From: Propionibacterium freudenreichii subsp. freudenreichii
GTDB taxonomy: Bacteria > Actinomycetota > Actinomycetes > Propionibacteriales > Propionibacteriaceae
Length of the DNA stretch: 32,000 nt
Direction of reading: 5' to 3'
Assembly: GCF_000940845.1 (NCBI RefSeq)
Contig: NZ_CP010341.1
Coordinates: forward strand, 510,001 to 542,000
Under the pieces are notes generated by a model that had not been told where the DNA came from, did no database searches, and saw only the letters and a program-made list of their open reading frames with translations. Position 1 is the first letter of the stretch. Each line of letters opens with the position of its first letter. The position numbers were made by a program, and so were the translations under genes. Of this stretch, positions 8,187-17,894 are shown in pieces.

Positions 8187-10046
8187 TCAGATGCCGAACA
8201 CCTTGATCGGCGGGATCGTCACGTCCTGGATGAGCGCCTGCTCGATGGCGGAGTAGTCGGCGCGCGGGTCACGTCCCAGCACCCCCGCCCATGCGGGGGT
8301 GATCTGGCTGGCGTGGTACTTGTGGCCGAAGCCCTCGGGCACATTGCGGCAGACGGGCATGTCGGCGCACACCTGCCAGAAGGTGACGAAGGGGAACCAG
8401 TGCATCCGGCCCATCGGGGTGGTGGCGGGACGACGCTCGGCCAGCCATTCGGGACGCCGGTACAGCAGCCGGGTGCCCCACCAGACCACCGGGTCGGTCT
8501 CGTTCTGCAGGTAGGCGATCCGGGGGCTCTGCCAGGCGTCCAGGGGCCTGCCCGCCTCGTCGGCGCTCAACTGTGCGCTGCGTCCGGCGAAGCGGATGTG
8601 GCGTCCCCGGTCGACCACGGGTGCCACCGCCGACGAGCCGGCGTCGCGTGAGCGGGTGAGTTCGCGGTGCATGGGCGTGAAGTTCGGGGTGCCCAGCCAC
8701 AGGGCCCCGTCGATGTGGGCCACCATGTCGTCCACGTCGGTGAAGATGCCGTTGGAGCCGTAGGCGCCCAGCGATTCGCCGGCCAGGAACAGCTGCGGAC
8801 GTTCGTTGGCCGGCATCGCGGCGAGCCGCCCCTGCACGGCCTCGAAGAGCACGCGGGTGGCCGCCACCGGCTGCTCGCGGCTGGTGAACAGGGTGATGGC
8901 GCTGGGCAGTCCCGAATACTGCGTGGCGATGGTGCAGCAATCGCCGGCCAGCAGGTACTCCAACGCGGAGGCGCTCCACTCGTTGGCGTTGCCGCGTCCG
9001 GTGGTGGTGACGATGCTGATCACCCGGCGCTGCCAGGCGTTGGTGCGGTCCATCTCGTCGAGCACTGCCCGGGCGATGCCGGCCAGGCCGCGTCCGTCCA
9101 GCGCCGCATAGACGCGCACCGGGTCCTGGGCCGGTGATCCGAGCACCCGGGCGATGCGTGCGGCGTCAGGTCCGCCCGAGACGAAGCGCTTGCCCTGCAG
9201 GCCCAATGAGTCCCAGGTCTCACCCGAGCTCGGGCTTCCCGACCGCACGGCGCGATCGGGCTGGGTGACGCCGGCGGGGGTGGAATGGTCAAGGCGGTCG
9301 GCCACGGTGCGTCCGGCCAGGCGGATGCCGCGCAGGATCACCTGGTCGAACAGCACGGCGGTGCCGGCCAGCACCACGAGCGCCGCCAGGGCCCGGGCGG
9401 CCAGCCGCCAGGCGAGGCGCTGGCCGAGGTGGTGGCTGAGCCAGTCGAGCAGCATCTCGGTGATGCGCCAGCACAGGGTGAAGAACCCCAGGATCGCGAC
9501 GCTGGCCGCTGCCGACGCGGGGGCCCAGCGCACGCGGGGGCCGGGCACCTGACAGAACTCGGCAGTGCGCCGCTGGCTTCGCAATGCGGCCAGTGGGACG
9601 CCGATCAGCGTCGCGCCGAGGGCTGCGGCGGCCAGGCCGGAACGCAGCGAGCCGTTGCCCGGACGGGGTGTCGGGACGCCGGTCAGGGGATTCGGGACGA
9701 TGGGGGATACCGTGGTGGGCGCTGGGTTCACGCCGGGTGTGGCCTTCGGGGCCCTCCGTAGTGCGGCCACGTCGGCGGCCATCATGCCCAGCTCGTAGCC
9801 GACGCTCGCATTGACCGCGGCCACCACACCCTGGAACAGGGGAGTGCGCGGCAACAGCGAGGTGGTGTGGGCCAACGCATAGCCGGCGATGCCACCCAGG
9901 GCTGCCGGGAGAGGGATGTTCAGCCGCTGGGCGTGACGTCGGGCCTGGCGGGTCCATGTGCCCAGTGTGGATGTGCCCAGCGTGGTGAGGAGCCGACGCG
10001 GATTCTGGTTTCCTGCGCCCCGGGCGCGGCCATGGTGCTTCGGCAT
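8187..10046 (-). CDS. Membrane-anchored alpha/beta-hydrolase family protein (Abhydrolase_9-like)
   Basis: 619 aa. The N-terminal third has several TM segments. The C-terminal domain has the nucleophile elbow FLAGESLGAYGS (GxSxG) and conserved blocks typical of the actinobacterial membrane alpha/beta-hydrolase family (LWLGTPNF, WWGTRLLYRRPEWL). Confidence 0.75.
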   Translation of the reverse strand: MPKHHGRARGAGNQNPRRLLTTLGTSTLGTWTRQARRHAQRLNIPLPAALGGIAGYALAHTTSLLPRTPLFQGVVAAVNASVGYELGMMAADVAALRRAPKATPGVNPAPTTVSPIVPNPLTGVPTPRPGNGSLRSGLAAAALGATLIGVPLAALRSQRRTAEFCQVPGPRVRWAPASAAASVAILGFFTLCWRITEMLLDWLSHHLGQRLAWRLAARALAALVVLAGTAVLFDQVILRGIRLAGRTVADRLDHSTPAGVTQPDRAVRSGSPSSGETWDSLGLQGKRFVSGGPDAARIARVLGSPAQDPVRVYAALDGRGLAGIARAVLDEMDRTNAWQRRVISIVTTTGRGNANEWSASALEYLLAGDCCTIATQYSGLPSAITLFTSREQPVAATRVLFEAVQGRLAAMPANERPQLFLAGESLGAYGSNGIFTDVDDMVAHIDGALWLGTPNFTPMHRELTRSRDAGSSAVAPVVDRGRHIRFAGRSAQLSADEAGRPLDAWQSPRIAYLQNETDPVVWWGTRLLYRRPEWLAERRPATTPMGRMHWFPFVTFWQVCADMPVCRNVPEGFGHKYHASQITPAWAGVLGRDPRADYSAIEQALIQDVTIPPIKVFGI

Positions 10047-10135
10047 GCAGAACAGCTTAGAGCGTGCTGGGTAGGGGTCATGACCGCGTGGCCCGCGGCG
10101 GGCCCAGCGCCGGGACGGGTGGTGTCGCGGTGGGC

Positions 10136-12775
10136 TCAGCGTCCGGAACGGGTGGTGCCTCGGCGGGGAGGCGCGGTGAGTGGATCCTCGGGCCAGGGAT
10201 GCTTGGCATAGCGGCGACGATTCTCCGCGCGCACCTGGGGATAGACGTTCACCCAGAACGACTCGAGGTCGTCAGTGATCGCCAGCGGACGACGTGCGGG
10301 GCTCAGCAGTTCCATCAGCACCGGCACCCCGCTCACCCGCGGGGTGGTGCGCATGCCGAAGCATTCCTGGAGCTTCACGGCCAGCACGGGCTTCTGCTCG
10401 CCCGACTCGGGGCTGGGATAGCGCACCCGCACCTGCGAACCGGTCGGCACGGGCAGCCGCTCGGGGGCGGCCCGGTCGAGCTCGGCGAGTTGCCGCCAGT
10501 CCAACAGCGTGCGCAGCGCCGTGGTCACGTCCACGTCGAAGGTGGAGCCCGTGGTGTGCAGGGGCCTGGCCAGCCAGGTGTCGGCACGTGCCACCAGCGC
10601 AGGTTGGCTCACATCGGGCCAGGCGGAAGCGTCCACCGAGTGCAGGAACGCCAGCCGATTGCGCAGGCCCACGGCGCCGTCCGACCAGCGCAGCAGGCCC
10701 GGCTCATCGATGCCGAGGCCCACCTGGGGCAACGCCGCGAGCGCCGCCCCGGCGGCCGCCGCAGCACGCGTCCGAACGGGCGTGCTCGACAACACGATCG
10801 CTCCCAGGGCGCGTTGACGTCGCGTCTGCACCCGGCCGGTCGCCGGGTCCCACGTCGCGGTGTCCTGCTCGTCGAGTAGGTCGGCGCCGGCATCCAACGC
10901 GGTCTGTTCCCCCAGCGCGGTGGCCGCCCGCACCAGGCTGCCCGACGCATGGGCCGCCCGCGCCGGGCCGGTGCGGGTATCGAGCCTTGTCAGCTCGCTG
11001 ATCGCCAACCACTCCGAGTGCACCAGCGACGACTCGCGCAGCAGGTCGACGCCGGTACCCGAGGCGGTGAGATAGGCACGCCCGCCGGGCTCGCGGCGTC
11101 GTGCGATCCAGTCAGGGCGGGCCAACGCCGCCAACAGTCCCACCGCCGCCTGGTCTGACAGTGGCGCTCCGGACGCGGAACCAGGACGCCCGTCGGAGCC
11201 GGGACGTCCACCGGAACCTTGCGCCATCCGCTCGAGCCGGGTGGCCTCGTGGCGCCAGCGCCTCGCCGCGGGGGAGCGTCCCGACGACAGCGCCCGCCAC
11301 TGCACCATCAGGTCGCCATCGGGCACCCGCTCGTCGCTGGCGAGCATCGCCATCACCTTCCCGGCGCGGGACGGGCCGATGCGGGCGGCCCCCACCAGCA
11401 GGGCGCGTCCCAGACGCGGGTCCAACGGCAGTGTCGACAGCCGCCGCCCCAGCGCGGTGGGCCGTTCGCGGGCATCCAGCGCGCCCAGCCCCCGCAGCGT
11501 GGCGATGGCCCGGTCCAGCGCGTCGGAGGGCAGGGGATCGGGCAGCGTCATGCCCTGGCCGCGCGCCGAACCCCAACACGCCAGGGTCAGCGCGGCGCCG
11601 GCCAGGTCACTGACCGACGCCTCCGCGGTGGCCTCGGCACTCATGCCGGCCCATTCGTCACGGGCGAAGCAGCGCACCGCGACTCCCGGCCCCAGCCGCG
11701 CCGCCCGCCCGGCCCGCTGGTCGGCGCTGGCCCGCGATTCACGCACTGTCACCAGTCCGGTGACGCCGCGCGTGGCGTCCAGGCGGGGCTCGCGCGACAG
11801 TCCGGCGTCCACCACGATGCGCACCCCCGGCACGGTCAGGCTCGACTCGGCGACGGCCGTGGAGACGATCACCCGGGGCCGCCCACCGCCACGCAGCACG
11901 GCGTCCTGCTCGCGGGCGGCCATCGAGCCGTACAGTCCGGCGACCTCGATGTCGCCCGCAAGGCCAGGCTCGTGACGCAGCAGCCCGATCAGCTGGTCGA
12001 CGTCGCGGGCCCCGGGCACGAAGACCAGGGCCGAGGCGGGCGCGCCGTCGGCGGCGTGGTGTTGCGCCAGGGTCGCGGCGGTGACCCGTGCCAGGTGGGC
12101 GGCGAAGGCATTGTCCAGGTGGCCGCCATAGGTGGGCAGCACACCGGAGGGCGGCGGTGCCCATTCGACGCTTAGCGGGAACAGCGCCCCGGGCACGTCC
12201 ACCACCGGTGCCGGCGTGCCGGTGCCCAGCAGGGACGCCCAGCGCTGCGCGTCCAGGGTGGCCGACATCGCGATCAGTGCCAGGTCGTCACGCAGGTCGG
12301 CGACGTCATGCACCATCGCGAACGCCAGGTCGGTGTCCAGGCGACGCTCGTGCACCTCGTCGAGGATCACCGTGCCCACCCCGGCGAGCTCGGGGTCACG
12401 CAATACGCGGTTGACCAGCACGCCGGTGGTCACGAATTCGACGCGCGTGGCATCCGATCGGCGTGACTCCCCGCGCACCGTGAAGCCGACCTCGCGGCCC
12501 AGGGCGGTGCCGGACAGTTCGGCGAGTCGGTGGGCCGCCGCGCGGGCGGCGATGCGCCGGGGTTGGGTGACCACGACGCGCCCGGCATGGTGATGCGCGG
12601 CCAGGGGCGGCATCACGGTGGTCTTGCCCGAGCCCGGAGGGGCCTGCACCACCAGGCGCGCATCCGGCGCCGTGAGGGCCGCGGCGAGCTCGTCCAGGCG
12701 CCCACCAACCGGCAGCCCGGCGGCTATCCGATCGAGGTCAAACACGTTCGGCAGTGTCTCACGGCCGCAGGCCAC
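10136..12775 (-). CDS. hrpB: ATP-dependent RNA helicase HrpB (DEAH-box)
   Basis: 879 aa. Walker A is APPGSGKTT, the DEAH box is LDEVHERRLDTDL, and the helicase C motifs include QRAGRAARLGPG. The C-terminal HrpB domain ends ...RRYAKHPWPEDP. GTG start at 12775; GTG 12745 is an alternative. Confidence 0.9.
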   Translation of the reverse strand: MACGRETLPNVFDLDRIAAGLPVGGRLDELAAALTAPDARLVVQAPPGSGKTTVMPPLAAHHHAGRVVVTQPRRIAARAAAHRLAELSGTALGREVGFTVRGESRRSDATRVEFVTTGVLVNRVLRDPELAGVGTVILDEVHERRLDTDLAFAMVHDVADLRDDLALIAMSATLDAQRWASLLGTGTPAPVVDVPGALFPLSVEWAPPPSGVLPTYGGHLDNAFAAHLARVTAATLAQHHAADGAPASALVFVPGARDVDQLIGLLRHEPGLAGDIEVAGLYGSMAAREQDAVLRGGGRPRVIVSTAVAESSLTVPGVRIVVDAGLSREPRLDATRGVTGLVTVRESRASADQRAGRAARLGPGVAVRCFARDEWAGMSAEATAEASVSDLAGAALTLACWGSARGQGMTLPDPLPSDALDRAIATLRGLGALDARERPTALGRRLSTLPLDPRLGRALLVGAARIGPSRAGKVMAMLASDERVPDGDLMVQWRALSSGRSPAARRWRHEATRLERMAQGSGGRPGSDGRPGSASGAPLSDQAAVGLLAALARPDWIARRREPGGRAYLTASGTGVDLLRESSLVHSEWLAISELTRLDTRTGPARAAHASGSLVRAATALGEQTALDAGADLLDEQDTATWDPATGRVQTRRQRALGAIVLSSTPVRTRAAAAAGAALAALPQVGLGIDEPGLLRWSDGAVGLRNRLAFLHSVDASAWPDVSQPALVARADTWLARPLHTTGSTFDVDVTTALRTLLDWRQLAELDRAAPERLPVPTGSQVRVRYPSPESGEQKPVLAVKLQECFGMRTTPRVSGVPVLMELLSPARRPLAITDDLESFWVNVYPQVRAENRRRYAKHPWPEDPLTAPPRRGTTRSGR
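11165..11218 (-). repeat. In-frame 18-nt tandem repeat (3 units) inside hrpB
   Basis: The reverse-strand units GGTTCCGGTGGACGTCCC, GGCTCCGACGGGCGTCCT and GGTTCCGCGTCCGGAGCG encode GSGGRP-GSDGRP-GSASGA in a linker of HrpB. Confidence 0.8.
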
Positions 12776-12813
12776 GCCGATCGATCAGCAGGTGCCCGGC
12801 GGCCGGCCGGGAC

Positions 12814-13587
12814 TCAGTGGTCGCTGGGCGCGCGATGGTCGGGATGCGACAGGTCGACGCCGGCCAGGGTACCCACCACCACCAGCGCGGGCGGACGCAC
12901 GTGGTGCGCGTCCATGTCGGCCACGGCATCGCCCAGCGTGGTGCGCCACGATTCCTGGCTGGCCAGGCTCGCATTGCTCACCACGCGCACGGGGGTGTCG
13001 GCAGGCAGCCCGCCGGCCATCAATTCCGGCGCGATGTCGCGCATATGGGCCACGCCCATCAGGATCACCAGCGTGAGCCGGTCCTTGGCGAGTTGGCGCC
13101 ATGGCACCTCGGAGCGCTCGTCGCTGGGCGATACATGCCCCGACACGACGGTGAACCCCTGCACCAGGTGGCGATGGGTCAGCGGGATGCCGGCCAGCGC
13201 CGGGCCCGCGGTGGCCGAGGAGACTCCCGGGATCACGCGCACCGGGATGCCGGCCTCGGCGCAGGCCTGCCATTCCTCGCCGCCACGCCCGAAGACGAAC
13301 GAGTCGCCACCCTTGAGGCGCACCACCTTGCGGCCCTCGCGGGCGTGCGCGACGAGCAGTTGGTTGATCTCCTCCTGGGGCACATAGTGGCCGCGCGGGA
13401 TCTTGCCGACCGGCACGAGTTCGGCGTCGTCGGACGCCTCCGACAGCAGGTCCTGCGGGGCGAGCCGGTCGTAGAGGATCACCTCGGCCTGCTGCACGGC
13501 CCGCAGGCCGGCCACGGTGACGAGTTCAGGGTCGCCGGGCCCGGCGCCGACGAGGGTGACAGTGCCGGGCAACAGTGTGGTGGTCAT
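12814..13587 (-). CDS. cobA: Uroporphyrinogen-III C-methyltransferase (SUMT)
   Basis: 257 aa. The sequence [33 protein letters not shown] ... [16 protein letters not shown] ... IPGVSSA has the classic SUMT motifs. Its ATG overlaps the cbiO stop (ATGA at 13584-13587). Confidence 0.9.
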
Positions 13588-14477
13588 CGGGTTTCCTCAT
13601 CGGTGTTGGTGGTGTCGTCGGATCCGGGCACGGATGCGGCGGCGTCGTGCGTGGCGGCGAACTCGCCGAGCGCGGGAGCCAGTGCGGCCACCGCCTCGTC
13701 GAGGTTGCGTGGACGGGCGGACAGTCCCAGGGCGGCGGCAAGTGCCAACGGCCAGGGCGTGTCCAGATGGCTGCGCGCCACCAGGTCGGCGTCGGAGAGC
13801 AGGGCCTCGGGAGCTCCCTGGTGCACCGTCGCGTCACAGACGATAGCGACCTCGTCGGCCCAGTCGAGGGCCAGCGCCACATCGTGGGTGGCCATGACGA
13901 TGGTCGTGCCGGCGTCGGTGAGCCGGTCGAGCGCGTCACGCATCTGGTGCACGCCCAGCGGATCGAGTCCGGCGGTCGGCTCATCGAGCATGAGCACATC
14001 GGGACGCATCGCCACGGCGCCGGCGGTGGCGACGCGCTTGCGTTCGCCGTAGGACAGCTGGTGGGTGGCGCGTTCGGCCAGGTGGTCGGCGCCCAGCAGC
14101 GTGAGGGCCTCACGCACCCGGGCATGCACCTCGTCGGGCTCCAACCCCAGGTTCATCGGACCGAACGACACGTCCTGTGAGACGTCGGCGCTGAACAGCT
14201 GGTCATCGGGGTCCTGCAGCACCATCTGCACATGGCGGCGGTGCTCGCGCAGTCCCTTGCGTCCCCAGTCGATGGGGGCGCCATCGCGTTCGACGGCACC
14301 GCCGGTGGGCTTCAGCGAGCCCGCCAGGCAGCTGAGCAGGGTGGTCTTGCCCGAGCCGTTGGCGCCGAGCAGCGCGAGCCGGGTGCCGCGGCCGATGGCG
14401 AGGTTCACCGTGTCGAGCACGCGGGGACGATCGGGGAAGCCGGCCACGAGGTCGTGGGCGGCCAGCAGGGCGCTCAT
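13584..14477 (-). CDS. cbiO: Cobalt ECF/ABC transporter ATPase CbiO
   Basis: This is the 297-aa C-terminal part of the 695-aa track ORF. It starts at ATG 14477 ([11 protein letters not shown]...). Walker A is GANGSGKTT, the ABC signature is LSYGERKRV and Walker B is [11 protein letters not shown]. The start overlaps the cbiQ stop by 4 nt. Confidence 0.9.
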
Positions 14478-15268
14478 CGGGCCACCACCAGGCTGATCGA
14501 CCAGATTGCGGCCAGCACCACGACGGTGGCGGTGATCAGGCGCGGCGAGGCGACCCGGGGCACGGGCAGCGTCACCAAGGAGGTCTCGAAGCCACGATGG
14601 GCCAGCCCCTCGGTGAGCCGCGACGAGCGGTCCCAGGCGCGCAGGCCGATGGCCCCCACGGCAGCGGCCGTGTTGTGCCAGCGCCGCGACAGGCCGTTCC
14701 ACCGGCCCACCGGGTTGTCCCCGAGCCGGCAGCGTTGCGCGGCCAGCACATTGGCGGTGGTCTCGGCCAGCACGAACAGCAGCCGGTAGGTGAGCGAGGC
14801 GATCTCGAGCAGCGGGTCGGGCACCCGGAAGCGACGCAGCCAGGTGAGCAGGTCGACCATCGGGGTGGTGGTGGCCAGCACCATCACCGCCAGCGTGCCC
14901 GACAGGCCGTGGGCGAACAGCCGGGCGGCCTGGGCCACCGAGGTGGGCCCCACCGACAGGAAGGCGGCATGCCACCAGGCGTCGGCCGGTGCGGTGCCCA
15001 CGCTGAACAGCACCGAGATCGCACCGAGGATGAGGAAGACGATGGGTGCGCTCATGGCCGCCAGCAGCACCCGTGGCCGGATGCGGGCGGCGCCCACGAT
15101 CAGGGCGATGGCGGCCACGGCCACCAGCAGGGTGCCCGGCCAGGTGGGCGCGAGCAGTGCGGTGAGCACGAGCCCCATGGAGCAGGCGACCTTCTCCCCG
15201 ACGCGACGACGCCGCCAGGGGCTGCCCCAGGCGGCGTCGTCGAGCGCTCCGATGTGGAGGCCACTCAT
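14474..15268 (-). CDS. cbiQ: Cobalt ECF transporter T component CbiQ
   Basis: 264 aa, polytopic. Its position and size within a cbiMNQO array support the call. The conserved C-terminal region includes ...AQRCRLG... Confidence 0.85.
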
Positions 15269-15271
15269 GTG

Positions 15272-15772
15272 TCAGGCGTTCCGTGATCCGGGGGCCGTCG
15301 GTCCCGGTGTGGATCCGTCGGGGGAGATGGCTGCGGCCGGGGAGGTTGACGCGTCGGCTGCTGCCGCGGTCACGCCGATCGCGGCCTCCTGCTTGCGGGC
15401 GGCCTTCTTGCCCGACATGCGGCCCAGGCAGTAGAAGATGATGCCCGAACCGATGGCGGCCTGGATGGCGAACAGGCCCGATTCCACCTCGCCGGCCGGC
15501 TCGAACAGCGGCTGGAACCACGGCTTGGCACCGGCTTCCTCGGCGGCCTCGGTGGCTGCCGAGTCGGTGCCGACGAAGGTCTCGTCCTGCCCGGCTGTGC
15601 GGATGCCGCCGATGATCAGGCTGCCGACGAAGATCACCACGAGTGCCACGACGAGCACCGGGGTGACCCACTTGCGGTCGGCGGCGAACAGGCCGTGGCC
15701 GCTGGTGTCCGAAGCGGGCGTGGTCGGGTTGGGGGCGCCGGCGCCCGGGTTGGTGATGGTTGCCTCAGACAT
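15272..15772 (-). CDS. cbiN: Cobalt transport protein CbiN, with unusually long low-complexity N- and C-terminal tails
   Basis: The core is [21 protein letters not shown]...[49 protein letters not shown]. It is flanked by ~34 aa (N-terminal) and ~45 aa (C-terminal) of Ala/Pro/Thr-rich sequence. It overlaps cbiM by 8 nt. The start is uncertain. Confidence 0.8.
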
Positions 15773-16472
15773 GTGCCACCTCCGGAACCTCGGCGTTGGC
15801 GGTGCGCTTGTTGCCGAGCCGCACGCCCAGGGCCTGCAGCTGCGGGCCGGCCACCTTGAACAGGAAGCGGAACAGCAGGATGCCCAGGATGCCCTCGGCC
15901 ACCGACAGCGGGATCTGCGAGATGGCGAAGATGCCCAGGAACTTCTCGGCCGCGCCGAGCACGCCGCTGGACGGATCGGGGTAGGCGAAGGCGAGCTGGA
16001 AGCTCGTCACGCAGTAGGTGGACAGGTCCGACAGGAACATGGCCAGGAAGATGCCCAGCGCCAATGGGCCGCCGAGCTTCTTGTTGAGCACATAGGCGCC
16101 GTAGCCCACCCAGGGGCCGACGATGGCCATCGAGAAGGTGTTCGCACCCAGCGTGGTGATGCCGCCGTGGGCCAGCAGCAGGGCCTGGAAGATCAGCACG
16201 ATGAGGCCCATGAAGGCCATCACCGGCGGCTTGAACAACACCGCGCCGACGCCGGTGCCGGTGGGGTGCGAGCTGGAGCCGGTGACGCTGGGCAGCTTGA
16301 TGGAGCTCAGGAGGAAGGTGCAGGCGCCCGCCGTGGCCAGCAGCAGCCGGTTCTCCGGATGGTGCTTGATCTGCTTGACCACCTGGACGGCGCCATGCAC
16401 CACGAAGGGTGCGGCTGCTGCGAACCAGATGGCGCATTGGACGGGTGGTAGAACGCCTTCTGCGATATGCAC
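15765..16472 (-). CDS. cbiM: Cobalt ECF transporter substrate-capture component CbiM
   Basis: 235 aa. It has the N-terminal (M)HIAEGVLP signature of CbiM/NikM and is polytopic. GTG start at 16472 with AAAGGA SD. Confidence 0.9.
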   Translation of the reverse strand: MHIAEGVLPPVQCAIWFAAAAPFVVHGAVQVVKQIKHHPENRLLLATAGACTFLLSSIKLPSVTGSSSHPTGTGVGAVLFKPPVMAFMGLIVLIFQALLLAHGGITTLGANTFSMAIVGPWVGYGAYVLNKKLGGPLALGIFLAMFLSDLSTYCVTSFQLAFAYPDPSSGVLGAAEKFLGIFAISQIPLSVAEGILGILLFRFLFKVAGPQLQALGVRLGNKRTANAEVPEVAHV

Positions 16473-16475
16473 GGC

Positions 16476-16625
16476 ATTCCTTTCTCGGGATCGTGCGTCC
16501 CGCGCTTGAAAGGCTCGTCCGTGGCCAGTTCCTGACTCTCATCGCGGGGCATTTGCTCCGAAATGTTCACAGTGGCGCGACCGTGTCGGCTTGAACCGAC
16601 TTCCTGCACCACGGGCGAGGTTGTC
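16476..16625 (-). ncRNA. Cobalamin (AdoCbl) riboswitch with an SD-sequestering expression platform, in the cbiM leader
   Basis: The reverse strand reads CUCGCCCGUGG-UGCAGGAAGUCGGUUCAAGCCGACACGGUCGCGCCACUGUGA...AUGAGAGUCAGGAACUGGCCACGGACGAG. The P1 strands are at 16609-16619 and 16514-16524. The conserved GCCACUG core and the B12-box-like AGUCAGGAACUGGCC are both present. Downstream, CCUUUC (reverse complement of 16508-16513) can pair with the SD GAAAGG (reverse complement of 16479-16484). Confidence 0.8.
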
Positions 16626-16631
16626 CGCAGC

Positions 16632-16637
16632 AGTATA
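16632..16637 (-). promoter_or_regulatory. Candidate -10 hexamer (TATACT) for the riboswitch-cbiMNQO-cobA transcript
   Basis: TATACT on the reverse strand lies ~12 nt upstream of the P1 5' strand, with a weak TTCTGC 17 nt further upstream. Pattern match only. Confidence 0.35.
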
Positions 16638-16781
16638 ACGGGGACGCATTCCCGGCAGAAATCGCCCCCACGGTGGGTCCGGCGCCCGAATGCAGCGTTA
16701 TCGGGGGATGGGGACGCACCGGGCCATCGGGGCGCGGACTGCTGCGTCCGGGCAGAGCCGTGGGGCCGTCGTAGTGGGACG

Positions 16782-17546
16782 CTATTTCGTGGCGGCCGGG
16801 CGCTGACGCGGCGTGGTGGGTGCCTCGGTGGGCGTCGGCAGGCTGATGTTGACCCCTGAGAAGTCGTGGCAGGCGTCGGACAGCAGGGTCGACATGGCGG
16901 CGTGCGCGCCATCCGCGTCGCCCTTGAAGATGGCCTCGGCGACCGCCTCATGGGCGATGATGGTGGGCTGGCGGGCCGGATGCGGGGCGTCGAAATCAAC
17001 GCGCGCCCGAATGACGATGCCGACCAGCTCGCCCAGGGCGGCGAACAATTCGTTGCCGCTGCAGGCCAGCATCACCTCATGGAATTCGTTGTCGCAGTCG
17101 ATGAACGATTCCTCGTCGTTGGCGTCGGAGAACTGGCGCATCTCGGCCGCCAGGGACATCAGGCGTCCCCGGTCGGGAATCGGGGCGATGCGGGCGGCAT
17201 TGGCCGCGGCCATCGGTTCGACGGCCTGGCGCAGTTGCACCACCGCGCGCATCTGCGCCATCCGCTGCGTCGAATGCAGGCGCCAGTTGATGAGCACCGG
17301 ATGCAGCATGCGCCAGTTCTCCTGGGGCTGGGCCACCAGGCCGAGCCGGCGTCGTGGTCGGGCCAGTCCCATCGCCTCGAGTTGGCGGGCCGCCTCCCTG
17401 GCCACCGTGCGCGAGACGTTGAAGCGTTCCTGGATCTCCTCGAGGGCCCGTGCCTCGCCCACCGCCCAGACGCCGTCGATGATCTCGATTCCGAGCTCGC
17501 GGTCGACGCTCATGAACTTCGGTTGGTTGGTCGCTTCTTCGCTCAC
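16782..17546 (-). CDS. gntR: GntR-family (FadR subfamily, FCD domain) transcriptional regulator, likely the gluconate-locus repressor
   Basis: 254 aa. The N-terminal wHTH is LEEIQERFNVSRTVAREAARQLEAMGLARPRRRLG, and the C-terminal helical FCD-like domain includes ...DNEFHEVMLACSGNELF. It is divergent from gntP. GTG start with GGAGGAG SD. Confidence 0.8.
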   Translation of the reverse strand: MSEEATNQPKFMSVDRELGIEIIDGVWAVGEARALEEIQERFNVSRTVAREAARQLEAMGLARPRRRLGLVAQPQENWRMLHPVLINWRLHSTQRMAQMRAVVQLRQAVEPMAAANAARIAPIPDRGRLMSLAAEMRQFSDANDEESFIDCDNEFHEVMLACSGNELFAALGELVGIVIRARVDFDAPHPARQPTIIAHEAVAEAIFKGDADGAHAAMSTLLSDACHDFSGVNISLPTPTEAPTTPRQRPAATK

Positions 17547-17626
17547 TGCGCTCCTCCATGTCCGTGCACGAATAAGGGCAGCGGGTTGGGGTCACCCTAT
17601 TTCAAAGACTAGTCGCATGTGTAACC

Positions 17627-17639
17627 GGTACGTAGTACC
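17627..17639. promoter_or_regulatory. Candidate GntR/FadR-type operator in the gntR-gntP divergent region
   Basis: GGTAC-gta-GTACC is a perfect 5-bp inverted repeat containing the GT...AC core typical of FadR-subfamily sites. It sits in the AT-richest part of the gap. Confidence 0.4.
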
Positions 17640-17894
17640 TTTGTGGTGTCGTTTTATCCCCCCGACGTCACACGGTCGAGCCGCACGGCGCGGCCGAAGC
17701 ACAACCATCTCGGACGAACAAGGAAGTCCTCCGGGAAGGAGATGCCTGCCATGGCGCGCGTGCATGTGGAGGTCATCCGGGCCGCCATCAGGTATCGGTC
17801 CGCCCAAGGCCGTCGTCGTGGGGCCAGCAGCCCGCGTCGCGACGCCCGTTCGGTCCGTCGTCCAACTGCTGCCGAGTGAGCAGGAGAACCCCTT

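Noticed and set aside
14478-15671. N-terminal ~398 codons of the 695-aa track ORF 13584..15671
   Set aside because: This part lies in a different frame over cbiQ and cbiN and reads as Arg/Gly/His-rich nonsense. The ABC ATPase homology begins only at ATG 14477, which overlaps the cbiQ stop in the usual coupled fashion.
17643-17879. 78-aa ORF, or its internal 45-codon Arg-rich ORF behind GGGAAGGAG (ATG ~17743/17752), in the gntP leader
   Set aside because: Third-position GC is about 69% by my count, well below neighbouring genes. The sequence is Arg-rich and low-complexity with no motifs. It is possibly a regulatory uORF, but the support is too weak to call a gene.
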